A stretch of DNA of 64,000 nucleotides from an uncultured Desulfocurvus sp. GTDB lineage: Bacteria > Desulfobacterota > Desulfovibrionia > Desulfovibrionales > Desulfovibrionaceae. The stretch spans positions 39,644-103,643 of the forward strand of contig CAYUOW010000001.1 of assembly GCA_964446455.1 (NCBI GenBank), read 5' to 3'. A model generated the notes under the pieces. It had not been told where the DNA came from and ran no database searches. It saw nothing but the letters and a program-made list of their open reading frames with translations. A program made the translations under genes and the position numbers. Positions 1 through 10,858 of the stretch are shown piece by piece (the first letter of the stretch is position 1; each line of letters opens with the position of its first letter).

Positions 1-1
1 C

Positions 2-2005
2 GGCACCCGCACCGCGCTGCCGCGCCCCAGCATCGACACCGGCATGGGCCTTGAGCGCATCGCCGCCGTGGTGCAGGGCAAGCGCTCCAACTTCGAGACC
101 GACATCTTCCGCGCCCTCATCGACTACGTGGCCGAGAAGGCCAAGGTGAAGTACCACGCGGACAAGGAGACGGACACCGCGCTGCAGGTCATCGCCGACC
201 ACAGCCGCTCCATCGCCTTCCTCATCACCGACCAGATCCTGCCCAGTAACGAGGGCCGGGGCTACGTGCTGCGCCGTCTCATCCGCCGGGCCTTCCGCTT
301 CGGCAGGCTCATCGGCCTCACCGACCCCTTCCTGCACGAGACCGCCCGCCAGGTGGTGGCGCACATGCGCGACGCCTACCCTGAGCTTCTGTCCAACCAG
401 GAGTTCATGACCAAGGTCATCCGCGAGGAGGAGGAGCGCTTCTCCCAGACCCTCGACAAGGGCCTGGTCATCCTTGAGGAAGAGCTTGCGCGCCTGAAGG
501 CCGAGGGCACGGGCGGCGGCATCACCGGCGAATTCGCCTTCAAGCTGTACGACACCTTCGGCTTCCCCCTGGACATCGTCAACGACGTGGCCGGGAAGCT
601 CGGCGTGGCCGTGGACGAGCCCGGCTTCATGGCCTGCATGAAGGAGCAGAAGACCCGCGCCAAGAAGGCCTGGAAGGGTTCCGGCGAGAAGGACGTGGCC
701 AGCATGTTCCAGGGCCTGCTGGAAGCCGGCATGAAGACCCGCTTCACCGGCAGCACCCAGTTCGAGGACGAGGGGCGCATCGTGGCCCTTCTGAACGGCG
801 AGGGCGAGGCCGTGGAGAAGCTGGAGCAGGGCGAGGGCGGCTGGCTCGTGGCCGCGAGCACCCCGTTCTACGGCGAGTCCGGCGGCCAGGAAGGCGACCA
901 GGGCGAGGTGCACACCGAGACCGGCGGCGCCGACGTGCTGGAAACCGTGAAGCCTGCCGGCGACCTCACGGTGCACAAGATCTTCGTCAACGAGGGCGAG
1001 ATGCTGGCCGGCCAGACCGCCACCCTCACCGTGGACGCGCGCGGCCGCATGGCAAGCTCGCGCAACCACACCACCACCCATTTGCTGCACGCGGCCCTGC
1101 GCCAGGTGCTGGGCGACCACGTGAAGCAGTCCGGCTCCCTTGTGGGACCGGAGCGCCTGCGCTTCGACTTCACGCACATCGCGCCCATGACCCCGGCCGA
1201 GATCACCCGCGTGGAGCAGATCGTGAACCGCGCCATCCTGGACGACATCCCGGTGGGACGCGAGTTCGTGAGCCAGAAGGAGGCCGTGGCGCGCGGCGCG
1301 ACGGCGCTGTTCGGCGAGAAGTACGGCGACACCGTGTGCCTGGTGGAAGTGCCCGGCGTGAGCATGGAGCTGTGCGGCGGCACCCATCTGGTGCAGACCG
1401 GCCAGGCGGGCAGCTTCGTCATCCTTTCCGAGACCGGCGTGGCCGCGGGCATCCGCCGCATCGAGGCCGCCACGGGCTGGAACGCCCTGAACCACCTGCA
1501 GACCCTGCGCCAGGAAATGGGCGAGGTCCAGGCCGTGCTGAAGGCCCGGCCCGAGGAAGTGGCCGCCCGCACCAAGGCCATGGCCGCCCAGGTGAAGGCC
1601 CTGCAGAAGGAAGTGGAGCGCCTGCAGACCAAGCTGGCTTCCGGCGAGGGCGGGGCGCGCATGGCCGAGGTTGAGGAGATTGGCGGAGTGAAGGTCATCG
1701 CCGTGAAGGCCGAGGCCGCCAGCATCAAGAGCCTGCGCGACCAGATGGACGCGCTGAAGAGCAAGCTGCCCTCCGGCGTGGCCATGATCGCCGCGCCCAC
1801 CGAGGACGGCAAGGTCGCCGTGCTCATCGCCGTCAGCAAGGATCTGCACGGCAGGTTCACCGCCCCTGTGCTCATCAAGGACGTGGCGGCGGAAGTCGGC
1901 GGTTCCGGCGGCGGCAGGCCCGACATGGCCCAGGCCGGCGGCACCGACGCGGCGGGAATCGACAAGGCCATCGCCAAGCTCAAGGAGCTGGTTGCCAAGG
2001 CCTAG
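2..2005 (+). CDS. alaS: Alanine--tRNA ligase (5' truncated by window edge)
   Basis: Frame is open from base 2 ([19 protein letters not shown]). Motifs [29 protein letters not shown], editing HTTTH and ELCGGTH, and C-terminal DHHA1 [12 protein letters not shown]. Confidence 0.98.
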   Translation, partial: GTRTALPRPSIDTGMGLERIAAVVQGKRSNFETDIFRALIDYVAEKAKVKYHADKETDTALQVIADHSRSIAFLITDQILPSNEGRGYVLRRLIRRAFRFGRLIGLTDPFLHETARQVVAHMRDAYPELLSNQEFMTKVIREEEERFSQTLDKGLVILEEELARLKAEGTGGGITGEFAFKLYDTFGFPLDIVNDVAGKLGVAVDEPGFMACMKEQKTRAKKAWKGSGEKDVASMFQGLLEAGMKTRFTGSTQFEDEGRIVALLNGEGEAVEKLEQGEGGWLVAASTPFYGESGGQEGDQGEVHTETGGADVLETVKPAGDLTVHKIFVNEGEMLAGQTATLTVDARGRMASSRNHTTTHLLHAALRQVLGDHVKQSGSLVGPERLRFDFTHIAPMTPAEITRVEQIVNRAILDDIPVGREFVSQKEAVARGATALFGEKYGDTVCLVEVPGVSMELCGGTHLVQTGQAGSFVILSETGVAAGIRRIEAATGWNALNHLQTLRQEMGEVQAVLKARPEEVAARTKAMAAQVKALQKEVERLQTKLASGEGGARMAEVEEIGGVKVIAVKAEAASIKSLRDQMDALKSKLPSGVAMIAAPTEDGKVAVLIAVSKDLHGRFTAPVLIKDVAAEVGGSGGGRPDMAQAGGTDAAGIDKAIAKLKELVAKA

Positions 2006-2061
2006 CATACGTTTGGCGTCTTCTGGCGGGATTGTCCCGCAGGAAAGACGATGATTTTGGG

Positions 2062-2090
2062 TTGACAGGCTACAACAAAGCCAGTAAGAG
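2062..2090 (+). promoter_or_regulatory. Putative sigma70 promoter of rplM-rpsI
   Basis: TTGACA (2062-2067), 17 bp spacer, TAAGAG (2085-2090), upstream of the rplM RBS. Confidence 0.55.
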
Positions 2091-2125
2091 CCCTGTTTCC
2101 AGTTTGGATGAAGGAGCAGCCCTAC

Positions 2126-2554
2126 ATGAATACGTACAGCCCGGTCCCCGCGGACCTGAAGCACGAATGGTTTGTGGTCGATGCCACGGACAAGGTGCTT
2201 GGCCGTTTGGCCACTGAGATCGCCCACCGCCTTCGCGGCAAGCACAAGCCCGGTTACGCCCCCCACATGGATGGTGGCGACTTCATCGTCGTGGTCAACG
2301 CCTCGAAGATCAAGGTCACGGGCGACAAGCTGAACAAGAAGATGTACTACAAGCACACCTTGTACCCCGGCGGCATCAAGAGCCGCACCCTCAAGGAAAT
2401 GCTTGAGAAGAACCCCGAGCTGGTGATCATCCAGGCTGTGCGCGGCATGATGCCGAAGAACCGCCTGTCCCGTCAGATCATCAAGAAGCTCAAGGTGTTC
2501 CCCGGTCCCGACCACACCCATGCCGCCCAGAAGCCTCAGGCTCTGGACCTGTAA
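2126..2554 (+). CDS. rplM: 50S ribosomal protein L13
   Basis: [31 protein letters not shown] motifs. ATG 2126 follows AAGGAG. Confidence 0.98.
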   Translation: MNTYSPVPADLKHEWFVVDATDKVLGRLATEIAHRLRGKHKPGYAPHMDGGDFIVVVNASKIKVTGDKLNKKMYYKHTLYPGGIKSRTLKEMLEKNPELVIIQAVRGMMPKNRLSRQIIKKLKVFPGPDHTHAAQKPQALDL

Positions 2555-2569
2555 AGAGGAGCGGAACCC

Positions 2570-2959
2570 ATGTCCGATTTCAACTACGGCACCGGCAAGC
2601 GCAAGAACGCCGTCGCCCGCACCCGTCTGTACCAGGGCACCGGTCAGATCACCATCAATGACCGTCCCTACGAAGACTACTTCCCGCGCAAGACCCTGCA
2701 GATGATCGTGCAGCAGGCGCTGAAGCTGACCAAGAATGCCGACAAGTTCGACATCAAGGTCAACGTCGCCGGCGGCGGCGTGGCCGGACAGGCCCAGGCC
2801 GTCCGTCACGGCATCGCCCGCGCCCTGCTCCTGGTCGATCCCGAACTGCGTGGCACCCTGAAGAAGGCCGGGTTCCTGACCCGTGACGCCCGCAAGAAGG
2901 AACGCAAGAAGTACGGCCAGAAGGGCGCCCGCGCTCGCTTCCAGTACTCGAAGCGTTAA
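2570..2959 (+). CDS. rpsI: 30S ribosomal protein S9
   Basis: [37 protein letters not shown]...QYSKR; directly follows rplM. Confidence 0.99.
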   Translation: MSDFNYGTGKRKNAVARTRLYQGTGQITINDRPYEDYFPRKTLQMIVQQALKLTKNADKFDIKVNVAGGGVAGQAQAVRHGIARALLLVDPELRGTLKKAGFLTRDARKKERKKYGQKGARARFQYSKR

Positions 2960-2997
2960 GCCGACAAGGCTTCCCGCCTTCCTTTACCAGCCCATCC

Positions 2998-3030
2998 GGG
3001 CCGGCACCCCACAAGGGTGTCGGCCCTTTT
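2998..3030 (+). terminator. Intrinsic terminator after rpsI
   Basis: GGGCCGGCACCC-CACAA-GGGTGTCGGCCC followed by TTTT. Confidence 0.8.
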
Positions 3031-3181
3031 CCGTTTGGTTCACTTCCCCCCGACCCTTCTTGCAAACCTGCCGCCGGTCTTTGTCTGTTGCTAGACAGGA
3101 ATTCGCAAACTGCGTACTTCGCCGTAGAGGTGGCAAAGCTATCGTTCGCATCAAAGGGTCGGGACAACCAAGGAGGGGACC

Positions 3182-4234
3182 ATGCGCAGGGGCACCGTTC
3201 TGCTGGTATTGCTCGGGTTTCTTGGCGGGTGCGCGTCGATTCCGGACGCGACGATCCAGTACTGGCGGCCAAAGGCGGACGTGACCGTGTCGGTGACGCA
3301 GGTGCTTGGCTGCAGCAAGGACGGAACGCGCCTCGCCTACTCGAATGCCGTCACCGCCGAAACAAAGTACTCCAGCTGGATGGCTGAAAAGCCGCTGTCG
3401 TTTGACCTCAAATGCCTGGACACGTGTCTGGGGGATGCGGACATGACCTTCGGCTTCACCGAGGATGGCCGGCTTGTGTCGGTCAATTCGGTTCAAACAG
3501 GCGGAGGACAGAAGGCGATCGTTGCAGGTGTCGCTGTCCTGGCCGCGTTGGAGCCGTTCGGGTTCATAAAGAAAGGTGCGGAGAAAGCCAAAGACAGGCC
3601 CGTGGACGTAACCGCCGCGTGCAAGGCGCTAAGCAGCCTGGTGGGCGACAAGACGTTGACCTTGAATTACCGGCGCCGGGTTTCCTGGGAGGACATGCAG
3701 GCCTCCACCAGTTCGGAGTTTGTCCCCCTTGAAGGGGATGTTGAGGCGCATGCGGTGCTGAAACAGTACCTGCCCCCGCTCACGTTGCGCTGGAACTACG
3801 GGGACGGACAGACCATCACTCCTGTGCGGGCGAAAAACGAGAAAGGCAGCGGGCAGGCCGACAATTGCACGTTGAAGATGAATGAAGCGCGGCTGCTCAC
3901 CCTCACCGCGGCTGCCGGGGGTGTCGAGATCTGGAATGGCCAGGCCATAGTGCCAAGCACCAAGGGCACCTACGACATCCCGCTGCCGAAGCCTGCAGCC
4001 TTTGGGAGTCAGGAGTTTTCGTTGAGCCTGTCAGAGGCGGGGGTGATCAAGAGCCTGAAATACAAGAAGGGATCCGGCACTTCCAGCGCCCTTGGGTCAA
4101 CGGAATCCTTGCTCAAGGCCTTTGCGCCGAGCACCACGGCCGAGAAACTGGCCGAGACCAAGGCCGAAGCGGACCTCGTCTACCAGCAGCAGCGGCTTGT
4201 GCAGTGCAAGGCGGACCCGACCAACTGCAAGTAG
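3182..4234 (+). CDS. Hypothetical lipoprotein (accessory)
   Basis: RBS AAGGAGG; signal peptide with lipobox LGGC. Visibly more A/T-ending codons than neighbours. No recognised catalytic motif. Confidence 0.75.
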   Translation: MRRGTVLLVLLGFLGGCASIPDATIQYWRPKADVTVSVTQVLGCSKDGTRLAYSNAVTAETKYSSWMAEKPLSFDLKCLDTCLGDADMTFGFTEDGRLVSVNSVQTGGGQKAIVAGVAVLAALEPFGFIKKGAEKAKDRPVDVTAACKALSSLVGDKTLTLNYRRRVSWEDMQASTSSEFVPLEGDVEAHAVLKQYLPPLTLRWNYGDGQTITPVRAKNEKGSGQADNCTLKMNEARLLTLTAAAGGVEIWNGQAIVPSTKGTYDIPLPKPAAFGSQEFSLSLSEAGVIKSLKYKKGSGTSSALGSTESLLKAFAPSTTAEKLAETKAEADLVYQQQRLVQCKADPTNCK

Positions 4235-4252
4235 CGCGGGTTGCTTCCGCGC

Positions 4253-7200
4253 TCATCCCACGCTCAGAATCTCGCGCAACGCCTCGGATATGGCCGCCTG
4301 GCTATATGGCTTGGCCAGCACGCGCAGGATGTTGGGCGGCAGGTCGGGCGGGATGTCGCCGGTGTGCAGGCGGCCGGAGATCATGATGACCGGCAGGCCG
4401 GGGTGCTGGACGAGGATGCGCCGCGCGAACTCCACGCCGTTCACCTCGGGCATGTCGAAGTCCGTCAGCACGGCGTCGAAGCCGCTGGGGTTCTCGTCCA
4501 GCTCGCGCAGGGCCTCCGGCGCGCTGGAGCGGCCGGTGACCTCGTAGCCCAGCTTGCCCAGCACGCGGGGGATGGTGGCCAGCTGGTCCTGGTCGTCCTC
4601 CACAAAGAGGATGCGCCCCTGGCCCCGGCGCACCTGCTCGGGGTGGACGGAATCAAGCCGACTGATGCGCTCGTACTGCGGCAGGTAGATGTCGAAGCTG
4701 GTGCGTTCCCAGGGGATGCTGTCCACGGCCACGGCGCCCTTGTGGGCCTTGATGATGCCGTGGACCACGGCGAGGCCCAGGCCGGTGCCTTCGGCCTTGC
4801 CCTTGGTGGTGAAGAAGGGGTCGAAGATCTTGTCCAGGATCTCCTGCTCGATGCCCGGGCCGTTGTCGGTGATGGTGAGGTGCAGGTAGCGTCCCGGCGG
4901 CAAGGAAAGGCCTTCCGCGGCCTGGGCGTCCAGCGCCTCGGAGTGGAGCGTCAGCAGCAGGTCGCCTCCGGTTTCGCGCATGGCCTGGAAGGCGTTGGTG
5001 CACAGGTTCAGGAACACCTGGTGCAGCTGGATGGGGTCGGCCAGGGCCAGGGCCGGGTCCTGGCGTATGTCCTCGCGCACGCTGATGTTGCGCGGCAGTG
5101 AGGCGGACAGGAGGCTCAAGGTTTCCCGCGCCACCTCGGCCACGTTCACGTACTGGAAGCCCGCCTGGGACGGGCGGCTGAAGGCCAGGATCTGCCGCAC
5201 CAGCTGGCTGCCGCGCTGCCCGGCCTTGAGCACGCGCAACAGGTCCTGGGCCATGTCCGAGCTCTCGGGCGCGTCCATGAGTGCCAGCTCCGCGCTGTTG
5301 ATGATGCTTGTGAGGATGTTGTTGAAGTCGTGCGCGATGCCGCCCGCCAGGGTGCCGATGGCCTCCATCTTCTGCGACTGCAGCAGCTGGCGCTCCAGGT
5401 TGTTCTTCTCGGTCACGTCCTCGGCCGCGCACAAGAGACCGACGACCGCGCCCCCGGAATCGTGCAGGGGCACGCGCGAGACCTCCAGCAGCACGGGCCG
5501 GCCGAAGCCGTCCTCCGCGTGCCAGGCCGCGCGGTACTGGGCCTGGTTCTTCTCCACCACCATGCGGTCGTGGGCCTGGGCGCTCTGGGCGGACTCGCGC
5601 CCCTCGAAAAGCTCCTCGTCGGTTCTGCCCAGCACGCGGCGGGCGTCCTCCAGGCCGAAGAAGGACAGGAAGGAGCGGTTCACGCCCAGGTAGCGCAGGT
5701 CGCGGTCCTTCCAGGAAACCAGCTGGGGGATGGTGTCGAGCACCAGCTGGAGCATGCGCTCGCTCTTGGACAGGGCGCGCTCGGCGTTCTCGCGCTGGGT
5801 GATGTCCTCCACCACGCCTTCGTAGGCGGCAAGGGAACCATCGGCCCCGGCCACGGCGCGCACGTGCAGGAAGGTGGTGATGCGCCGGCCGTCGGGGCGC
5901 ACGAACTCGCGCCGGTAGGCGGCCACGCCGCCGGGGCCCGTGGCGGCGGAGAGCCAGTTGGGCGCGCCATCGCCGCTGCCGGAAAGGAAATCCGCGCCCG
6001 TGGCCAGCAGGTCGCCCAGGCTGCCGAAGCCGAGCATCTCCACCAGGGCGTGGTTGGCGTCCTGCAGGTGTCCCTCGGGCGCGGCGCGGAAGATGCCCAG
6101 CACCGAGTTCTCGAAGATGCCGCGGTATTTCTCCTCGGCCTGGCGCAGTTCCTCCTGCGCGCGCTTGAGGCCGGAGATGTCGTTCAACACGCCCACCAGG
6201 CCCAGGATCTCGCCCTTGGCGTTCAGGTAGGTGGCCTTGCTGAGCATGACGGCGCGGTTGTCCTCGCCGGGCAGGCGCAGCTCGGACTCGTACATGCGCA
6301 CCCCGGCGGAGGCGAGCAGCTCCTTGTCCACGGCGTCGCGCAGGCCAGCGGCCCCAATATCCTGCCCGGCGCCGGGCTCGCCGATGTCCTCCGGCGCCTT
6401 GCCCTGGATGGCGGCGCGGCTGACGCCGAAGAGCCGCTCGAAGGCCAGGTTGCAGTCCTGGAACAGCCCGTGCCGGGTGAGGGAGTAGAGCGGCAGGGGG
6501 ATGGCGTCCATGAGGATCTTGAGGAAGGAGAGCTGGTCGTTGACGCGCTCCTGGATGCGCCTGCGCTGCGTGATGCTGGCCACCAGCAGCACCAGGATGA
6601 AGATGAGCGCGGCCAGGCTGACCATGATGGTCCAGAACAGGCCCTTGTCGATGGTATAGAAGCGGTAGGGCTCGTTGATGATGTCCGCGCCGGAGGGCAG
6701 CTCGGACAGGGGGATATTGAGCTTGCGAAGCACGTCCCAGTCAAAGGCGTAGGGGTCGTCGAAGCTTTTGATGATCGGGATGTCGCTTGGGTTGGCCCCG
6801 GCCAGGATGCGCAGGGCCAGGCCCCCGGCGATGCGGCCGTGGTCCACGCCGCTGTGCAGCTTGCCGCCCACGCAGCCGTGGCCCAGAAGGAAGCGCCAGC
6901 AGCTGTATACCGGCAGCGAGACATTGGCCGAGATGACCTCGAGGACCTCGTCCGCGGCGTAGAGCCTGCCCTCGTGCTCCAGGTACATGGGGATGACGAA
7001 GAGCAGGGTGTTGGGCGGCATGGCGTGCAACCGGTCCAGGATGGTCTCCATGGGCAGGTCGTCCCAGTACTCGAACTCCAGGATGCCGCGCAGGCGCGGG
7101 GCCACCTCGCGCAGCTGGCCCTGGATGGCCATGCCGGTGACGGAACGGTCGCCGATGACGATCATGCGGTTCGCTTCCGGGTGCAGGCGCGCGGCCAGGC

Positions 7201-7672
7201 GCAGGGTGGACTCGAAGTCCACGTTCTCCACCAGCCCGGTGATGTTGGTCTTGCCGGCCATCTTGGCGGGCTTCAGGTCGTTGACGCCGCAGAAGACCAC
7301 GGGCAGGCCGGGGAAGAGCTGGTCCTGGTAGTCCAGGATGAAGTTGTAGGCGAAGTCGTCGGAGGCGATGATCAGGTCGAAGTCCGCGCCCTTGAACTTG
7401 TCGCGGTAGAACTCGAACAGGGCGCGGGCGCGCTCCGGCGTGGCGAAGCGCTTGGTGTCCATGTACTCGATCTGCAGGTCCACCAGGTACTGCGACTCGG
7501 CGAAGAAGGCGCGCAGGCCGCGCATGATCTCGTCCGACCAGGCGTAGCCGTCGTGGTAGGAATTGAAGACCAGGACGTTCTTGCGCGGTTTCTCGGCCAG
7601 CGCGGAGGAAGGCAGCGCGGCGCTGGCCAGCAGGAGCCCCACAAGGGCCAGGCAGAGGGCCAGTTTTCGCAC
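4253..7672 (-). CDS. Hybrid sensor histidine kinase (periplasmic ligand-binding domain, PAS x3, HisKA/HATPase, receiver)
   Basis: Signal peptide, TM segment, PAS repeats, [12 protein letters not shown]-box, NLCTNA N-box, DNGPGI, PFFTTK, GTGLGL, and C-terminal REC domain (FVEDD...TDFDMP...KP). Confidence 0.93.
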   Translation of the reverse strand: MRKLALCLALVGLLLASAALPSSALAEKPRKNVLVFNSYHDGYAWSDEIMRGLRAFFAESQYLVDLQIEYMDTKRFATPERARALFEFYRDKFKGADFDLIIASDDFAYNFILDYQDQLFPGLPVVFCGVNDLKPAKMAGKTNITGLVENVDFESTLRLAARLHPEANRMIVIGDRSVTGMAIQGQLREVAPRLRGILEFEYWDDLPMETILDRLHAMPPNTLLFVIPMYLEHEGRLYAADEVLEVISANVSLPVYSCWRFLLGHGCVGGKLHSGVDHGRIAGGLALRILAGANPSDIPIIKSFDDPYAFDWDVLRKLNIPLSELPSGADIINEPYRFYTIDKGLFWTIMVSLAALIFILVLLVASITQRRRIQERVNDQLSFLKILMDAIPLPLYSLTRHGLFQDCNLAFERLFGVSRAAIQGKAPEDIGEPGAGQDIGAAGLRDAVDKELLASAGVRMYESELRLPGEDNRAVMLSKATYLNAKGEILGLVGVLNDISGLKRAQEELRQAEEKYRGIFENSVLGIFRAAPEGHLQDANHALVEMLGFGSLGDLLATGADFLSGSGDGAPNWLSAATGPGGVAAYRREFVRPDGRRITTFLHVRAVAGADGSLAAYEGVVEDITQRENAERALSKSERMLQLVLDTIPQLVSWKDRDLRYLGVNRSFLSFFGLEDARRVLGRTDEELFEGRESAQSAQAHDRMVVEKNQAQYRAAWHAEDGFGRPVLLEVSRVPLHDSGGAVVGLLCAAEDVTEKNNLERQLLQSQKMEAIGTLAGGIAHDFNNILTSIINSAELALMDAPESSDMAQDLLRVLKAGQRGSQLVRQILAFSRPSQAGFQYVNVAEVARETLSLLSASLPRNISVREDIRQDPALALADPIQLHQVFLNLCTNAFQAMRETGGDLLLTLHSEALDAQAAEGLSLPPGRYLHLTITDNGPGIEQEILDKIFDPFFTTKGKAEGTGLGLAVVHGIIKAHKGAVAVDSIPWERTSFDIYLPQYERISRLDSVHPEQVRRGQGRILFVEDDQDQLATIPRVLGKLGYEVTGRSSAPEALRELDENPSGFDAVLTDFDMPEVNGVEFARRILVQHPGLPVIMISGRLHTGDIPPDLPPNILRVLAKPYSQAAISEALREILSVG

Positions 7673-7675
7673 GCG

Positions 7676-8620
7676 TTACAGCCCCAGGCGCGCCAGGTCG
7701 TCCACCAGGGCGCGCACGCGGCCCACGGAAAAGTCGAAGGCCGCGCGTTCGGTGTCGTCCAGCGTGATCTCGCAGACCCTTTCCAGGCCGCGCCCGCCCA
7801 GCACGCAGGGCACGCCCACGAACAGGTCCTTTACGCCGAACTCGCCGTCCAGCAGGGCGGCGCAGGGCAGCACGCGGCGCTGGTCGCGCAGGATGGATTC
7901 GGCCATCTGCACCACGCTGGCGGCCGGGGCGTAGAAGGCCGAGCCGGTCTCCAAAAGCTTGATGATCTCGTCGCCGCCGCGCCGGGCGCGCTCCACCAGG
8001 GCCTCGATGCGCGGGCCGTCCAGCAGCTCCGTCAGGGGTACGCCGCCCACGAAGCAGTGGCGCGGCATGGGTACCATGCTGTCGCCGTGGCCGCCCATGA
8101 CCAGCGCCTGCACGTCGCGCACGCTGACGCCCAGTTCCAGGGCCACGAAGGTGCGGAAGCGGGAGGAATCGAGGATGCCGGCCATGCCGAGCACTCGCTC
8201 GCGCGGGAAGCCGAGCTCGCGCTTGGCCACGAAGCACATGGCGTCCAACGGGTTGGTGACGATGATGACCACGGCTCCGGGTGAATGCTTCTTGATCTCG
8301 CGGCAGCAGGAGGCCACCACGTTGGCGTTGATGGTCAGCAGGTCGTCGCGCGTCAGCCCCGGCCTGCGGGGCGAACCCGCGGTGACCACCACCACGTGGG
8401 AGCCCGCCGTGTCGGCGTAGTCGGCCGTGCCCTTCACCTGGGAGTCGAAGAGCTGCACCGCGGCGGTCTGCAGGATGTCGAGCGCCTTGCCCTTGGCCGA
8501 GCCTTCGTTGATGTCCAAGAGCACCACGTCGCCCACGCCGCGGCTGGCCAGCATGAGGGCGCAGGTGGCGCCCACCTGGCCGGAACCGATGACGGAGATC
8601 TTCTTTCTGCGGAAGGGCAT
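7676..8620 (-). CDS. mdh: Malate dehydrogenase (LDH-like)
   Basis: GSGQVG Rossmann motif, TAGSPRRPGLTRDDLL, VTNPLD, LDSSR, GGHGD. ATG 8620 follows CAGGAGG. Confidence 0.92.
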   Translation of the reverse strand: MPFRRKKISVIGSGQVGATCALMLASRGVGDVVLLDINEGSAKGKALDILQTAAVQLFDSQVKGTADYADTAGSHVVVVTAGSPRRPGLTRDDLLTINANVVASCCREIKKHSPGAVVIIVTNPLDAMCFVAKRELGFPRERVLGMAGILDSSRFRTFVALELGVSVRDVQALVMGGHGDSMVPMPRHCFVGGVPLTELLDGPRIEALVERARRGGDEIIKLLETGSAFYAPAASVVQMAESILRDQRRVLPCAALLDGEFGVKDLFVGVPCVLGGRGLERVCEITLDDTERAAFDFSVGRVRALVDDLARLGL

Positions 8621-8855
8621 GGCGGTCCTCCTGGGTCTGCGCGGTTTCGGCCGGTCTTCTGGCGCCTGCGCGGCACGGGGGGCGCGGGCCTGTCTGCGAA
8701 TTTTGTCCGCTTTCATCCCGTGCGTCAAGGCGCGACGCGGACTTGGCTGCCAGGGGCCGCCATGGCGCGCCGCACCGGCGTAACCCGGTCCTGCGGGGGC
8801 GCGTCATAGCAGGGAACAAGTAGCAGGCGGCTCGGCGGCGTGCCCGCCAGAACGC

Positions 8856-8899
8856 AAGAAGGCCGGCCTTCCCCCCATGGACAGGGAGGAGGGCCGGCC
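8856..8899 (-). terminator. Probable terminator after DUF169 gene
   Basis: GGCCGGCC...GGCCGGCC GC-rich stem with a TTCTT tail on the minus strand. Confidence 0.5.
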
Positions 8900-8921
8900 C
8901 GATGTTTTTGGAGCGCCGGGG

Positions 8922-9719
8922 CTAGGCCTTGGGGGCCTCGCCTTCCTTCTTGAACACGATGAGCGGGCAGTTCTTGCAGATGTCCGCGCCGGGGAAGGGC
9001 TCGCCCAGGCGGGTGATGGCCGCGCCGCCCTTCTCGTCGATGCGCTTCTGCAGGCGCGCCACCAGGGACTCCATGTGCCCGCCCGGGATGGCCACGTTGA
9101 TCTCGCCGCGCTCGGTCTTGCCGGAGTTGTAGCTGCCGCTGCAGGCCAGGAACAGGTTGGCCTGCTTCTCGTTGTAGGCGAACACGTTGCCGCCGCAGGC
9201 CGCGGAGTTCACGCTCATGGAGGGGCGGAAGGGGTGCACGTCCTGGGTGGCCATCCAGTCGCCCAGAATGTGGTAGGCCTGCATGTTGTCGCAGTAGAAG
9301 TGCACCACGTCCGGGGTGCCCACGCTCAGGGCCAGCGGGCTCACGGCCACGGCGAGCAGTTCGCCTTCGGGCAGGCGGGGCTTGCCCTCCACCACGCGCT
9401 TGGCCTGGTCGGCGTCGGTGCAGTACTTCACGTGGCTCTTCACCTCGCCCTCGTCCAGCCCCTTCCAGCCGAACACGAACTGGGCGTTGGTGCAGCCCAG
9501 CTTCTCGCGCTCCAGCAGCACGGCGATGCCTTCCATGCGCGCGCCGATCTCGGCCTGGCAGAAGGTCAGGGGTTTCACGGGCGAGTAGTGGGGCTGGTCC
9601 TTGCGGAAGGCGTCCAGCTCGGCCTGATCGAAGAAGTACTTGATGGCCACAGGGTAGTGCATGAGCCGAAGCTCGCGCATGAGCAGTTCCTGCATTTTCA
9701 CGAAATCGGGTGCGGACAT
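8922..9719 (-). CDS. DUF169-family protein (Cys-rich)
   Basis: HYPVAIK, TFCQA, LGCTNA, PDVVHF, SAACGG, LACSGS pattern; C-terminal CKNC. ATG 9719 follows AGGAG. Confidence 0.75.
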   Translation of the reverse strand: MSAPDFVKMQELLMRELRLMHYPVAIKYFFDQAELDAFRKDQPHYSPVKPLTFCQAEIGARMEGIAVLLEREKLGCTNAQFVFGWKGLDEGEVKSHVKYCTDADQAKRVVEGKPRLPEGELLAVAVSPLALSVGTPDVVHFYCDNMQAYHILGDWMATQDVHPFRPSMSVNSAACGGNVFAYNEKQANLFLACSGSYNSGKTERGEINVAIPGGHMESLVARLQKRIDEKGGAAITRLGEPFPGADICKNCPLIVFKKEGEAPKA

Positions 9720-9903
9720 GGGAAGCTCCTTTTGCGGCCAGGGCGTCGCCACGCCCGCAAAGGGGCACGCGCGCGGACCGGGGGTTACGTGTGGGGGGTA
9801 GATAATTCCGAGGACCGGGTCCGTCAATGCGTAGTGGGAAAACGCAAGAACCGGACCTCTTGCCGAGGCCCGGTTCGTGTCGGGTGCCGCCGCGCAAGCG
9901 GGG

Positions 9904-9977
9904 CTATTCGGGTATGGTGGGCGTCGCCGCGAAGCGCGGGTCTACTCGGGAATAGTGGGAGTCGCCGCGAAACGCGG
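9904..9977. repeat. Tandem 36-bp duplication of the final 12 codons (incl. stop) of the MBL hydrolase gene, synonymously diverged
   Basis: Copies at 9904-9939 and 9942-9977 both read PRFAATPTIPE* on the minus strand; 31/36 identical. Confidence 0.92.
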
Positions 9978-10691
9978 CTCGTGCAGCGGCAGCAGTATGT
10001 CCGCCGCCTGCTTCACTTTCAGGATGTTGTCGTAGGCCTGGTAGGCGTTGACCACGGTGCCGCAGGGAATCACTTCCATCTCCATGGCCTTGACCTCCTT
10101 GGGCGGGGTCAGGTTGTCCATGATGACGCAGAAGCCGGTGATGGCGGCCACGCCCTTCTCGGTGTCCACCAGCACGGTCAGGCCGCCCTCGGTGTGGGCC
10201 GGGGTGTGCAGCACGCGCACGCCGGGCACGATCTCCGCGTCGCCGGTGAGCACCTCCAGCTGGCCGTTCTCCTCCACGTCGAGGATGTAGTCCTCCAGGT
10301 AGCGGTAATCCAGCGGGTGCGGGTCGTGGATGTGCTCCAGTTCCTTCTCGTGCACGTAGATGCGCGCGTTGACGCACTTGTAGTCGTTTTCGCAGTGGTC
10401 GTTGTGCAGGTGCGTGTGCACCACGATGTCGATGTCCTCGGGCTTCAGGCCGTACTGGGCCAGGCCGTCCTCGAAGGTGTGGATCTTTCCGCCGATGGCC
10501 GCCTCGCGCTCGGGGCTGATGATGGGCTGCATCTCGCCGGTGTCCACCAGGATCTTCTTGTCGCCGCCTTCCAAATACCAGCAGTAGATGGGGATGGTGT
10601 AGGGCTTGCCGTAGGAGTGCTGGTAGGTCATCATGCCATGGTCGAAGATTTTCGTGCCCATGACGATGGGGTGTATCTTGAACGTGGCCAC
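9942..10691 (-). CDS. Metallo-beta-lactamase-fold hydrolase, N-acyl-homoserine lactonase (AiiA)-like
   Basis: ILVDTG, HTHLHNDH, HTPAHTEG and C-terminal PLHE motifs. GTG 10691 follows GGAGG. Confidence 0.82.
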   Translation of the reverse strand: MATFKIHPIVMGTKIFDHGMMTYQHSYGKPYTIPIYCWYLEGGDKKILVDTGEMQPIISPEREAAIGGKIHTFEDGLAQYGLKPEDIDIVVHTHLHNDHCENDYKCVNARIYVHEKELEHIHDPHPLDYRYLEDYILDVEENGQLEVLTGDAEIVPGVRVLHTPAHTEGGLTVLVDTEKGVAAITGFCVIMDNLTPPKEVKAMEMEVIPCGTVVNAYQAYDNILKVKQAADILLPLHEPRFAATPTIPE

Positions 10692-10858
10692 GGGGGCTCC
10701 TCCTTCCATCAACGTGTCTGAATGCCGGCCGGAGTAATTCCCGCCGCGTTGGCGGATATGTACCAAAGCCGGGCCCGGCGGGCAACGGCAAATCCCTGCC
10801 GAACCCTTGCCATGCAGGGGTATATGGTTACCCTTTCAGCAAAGTAAAGGAGGCTGTC

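Noticed and set aside
9904-9977. Possible DGR template/variable repeat or mini-CRISPR
   Set aside because: Only two 36-bp copies, no reverse transcriptase or cas gene, no spacers; differences are synonymous rather than coding-strand adenine-specific.
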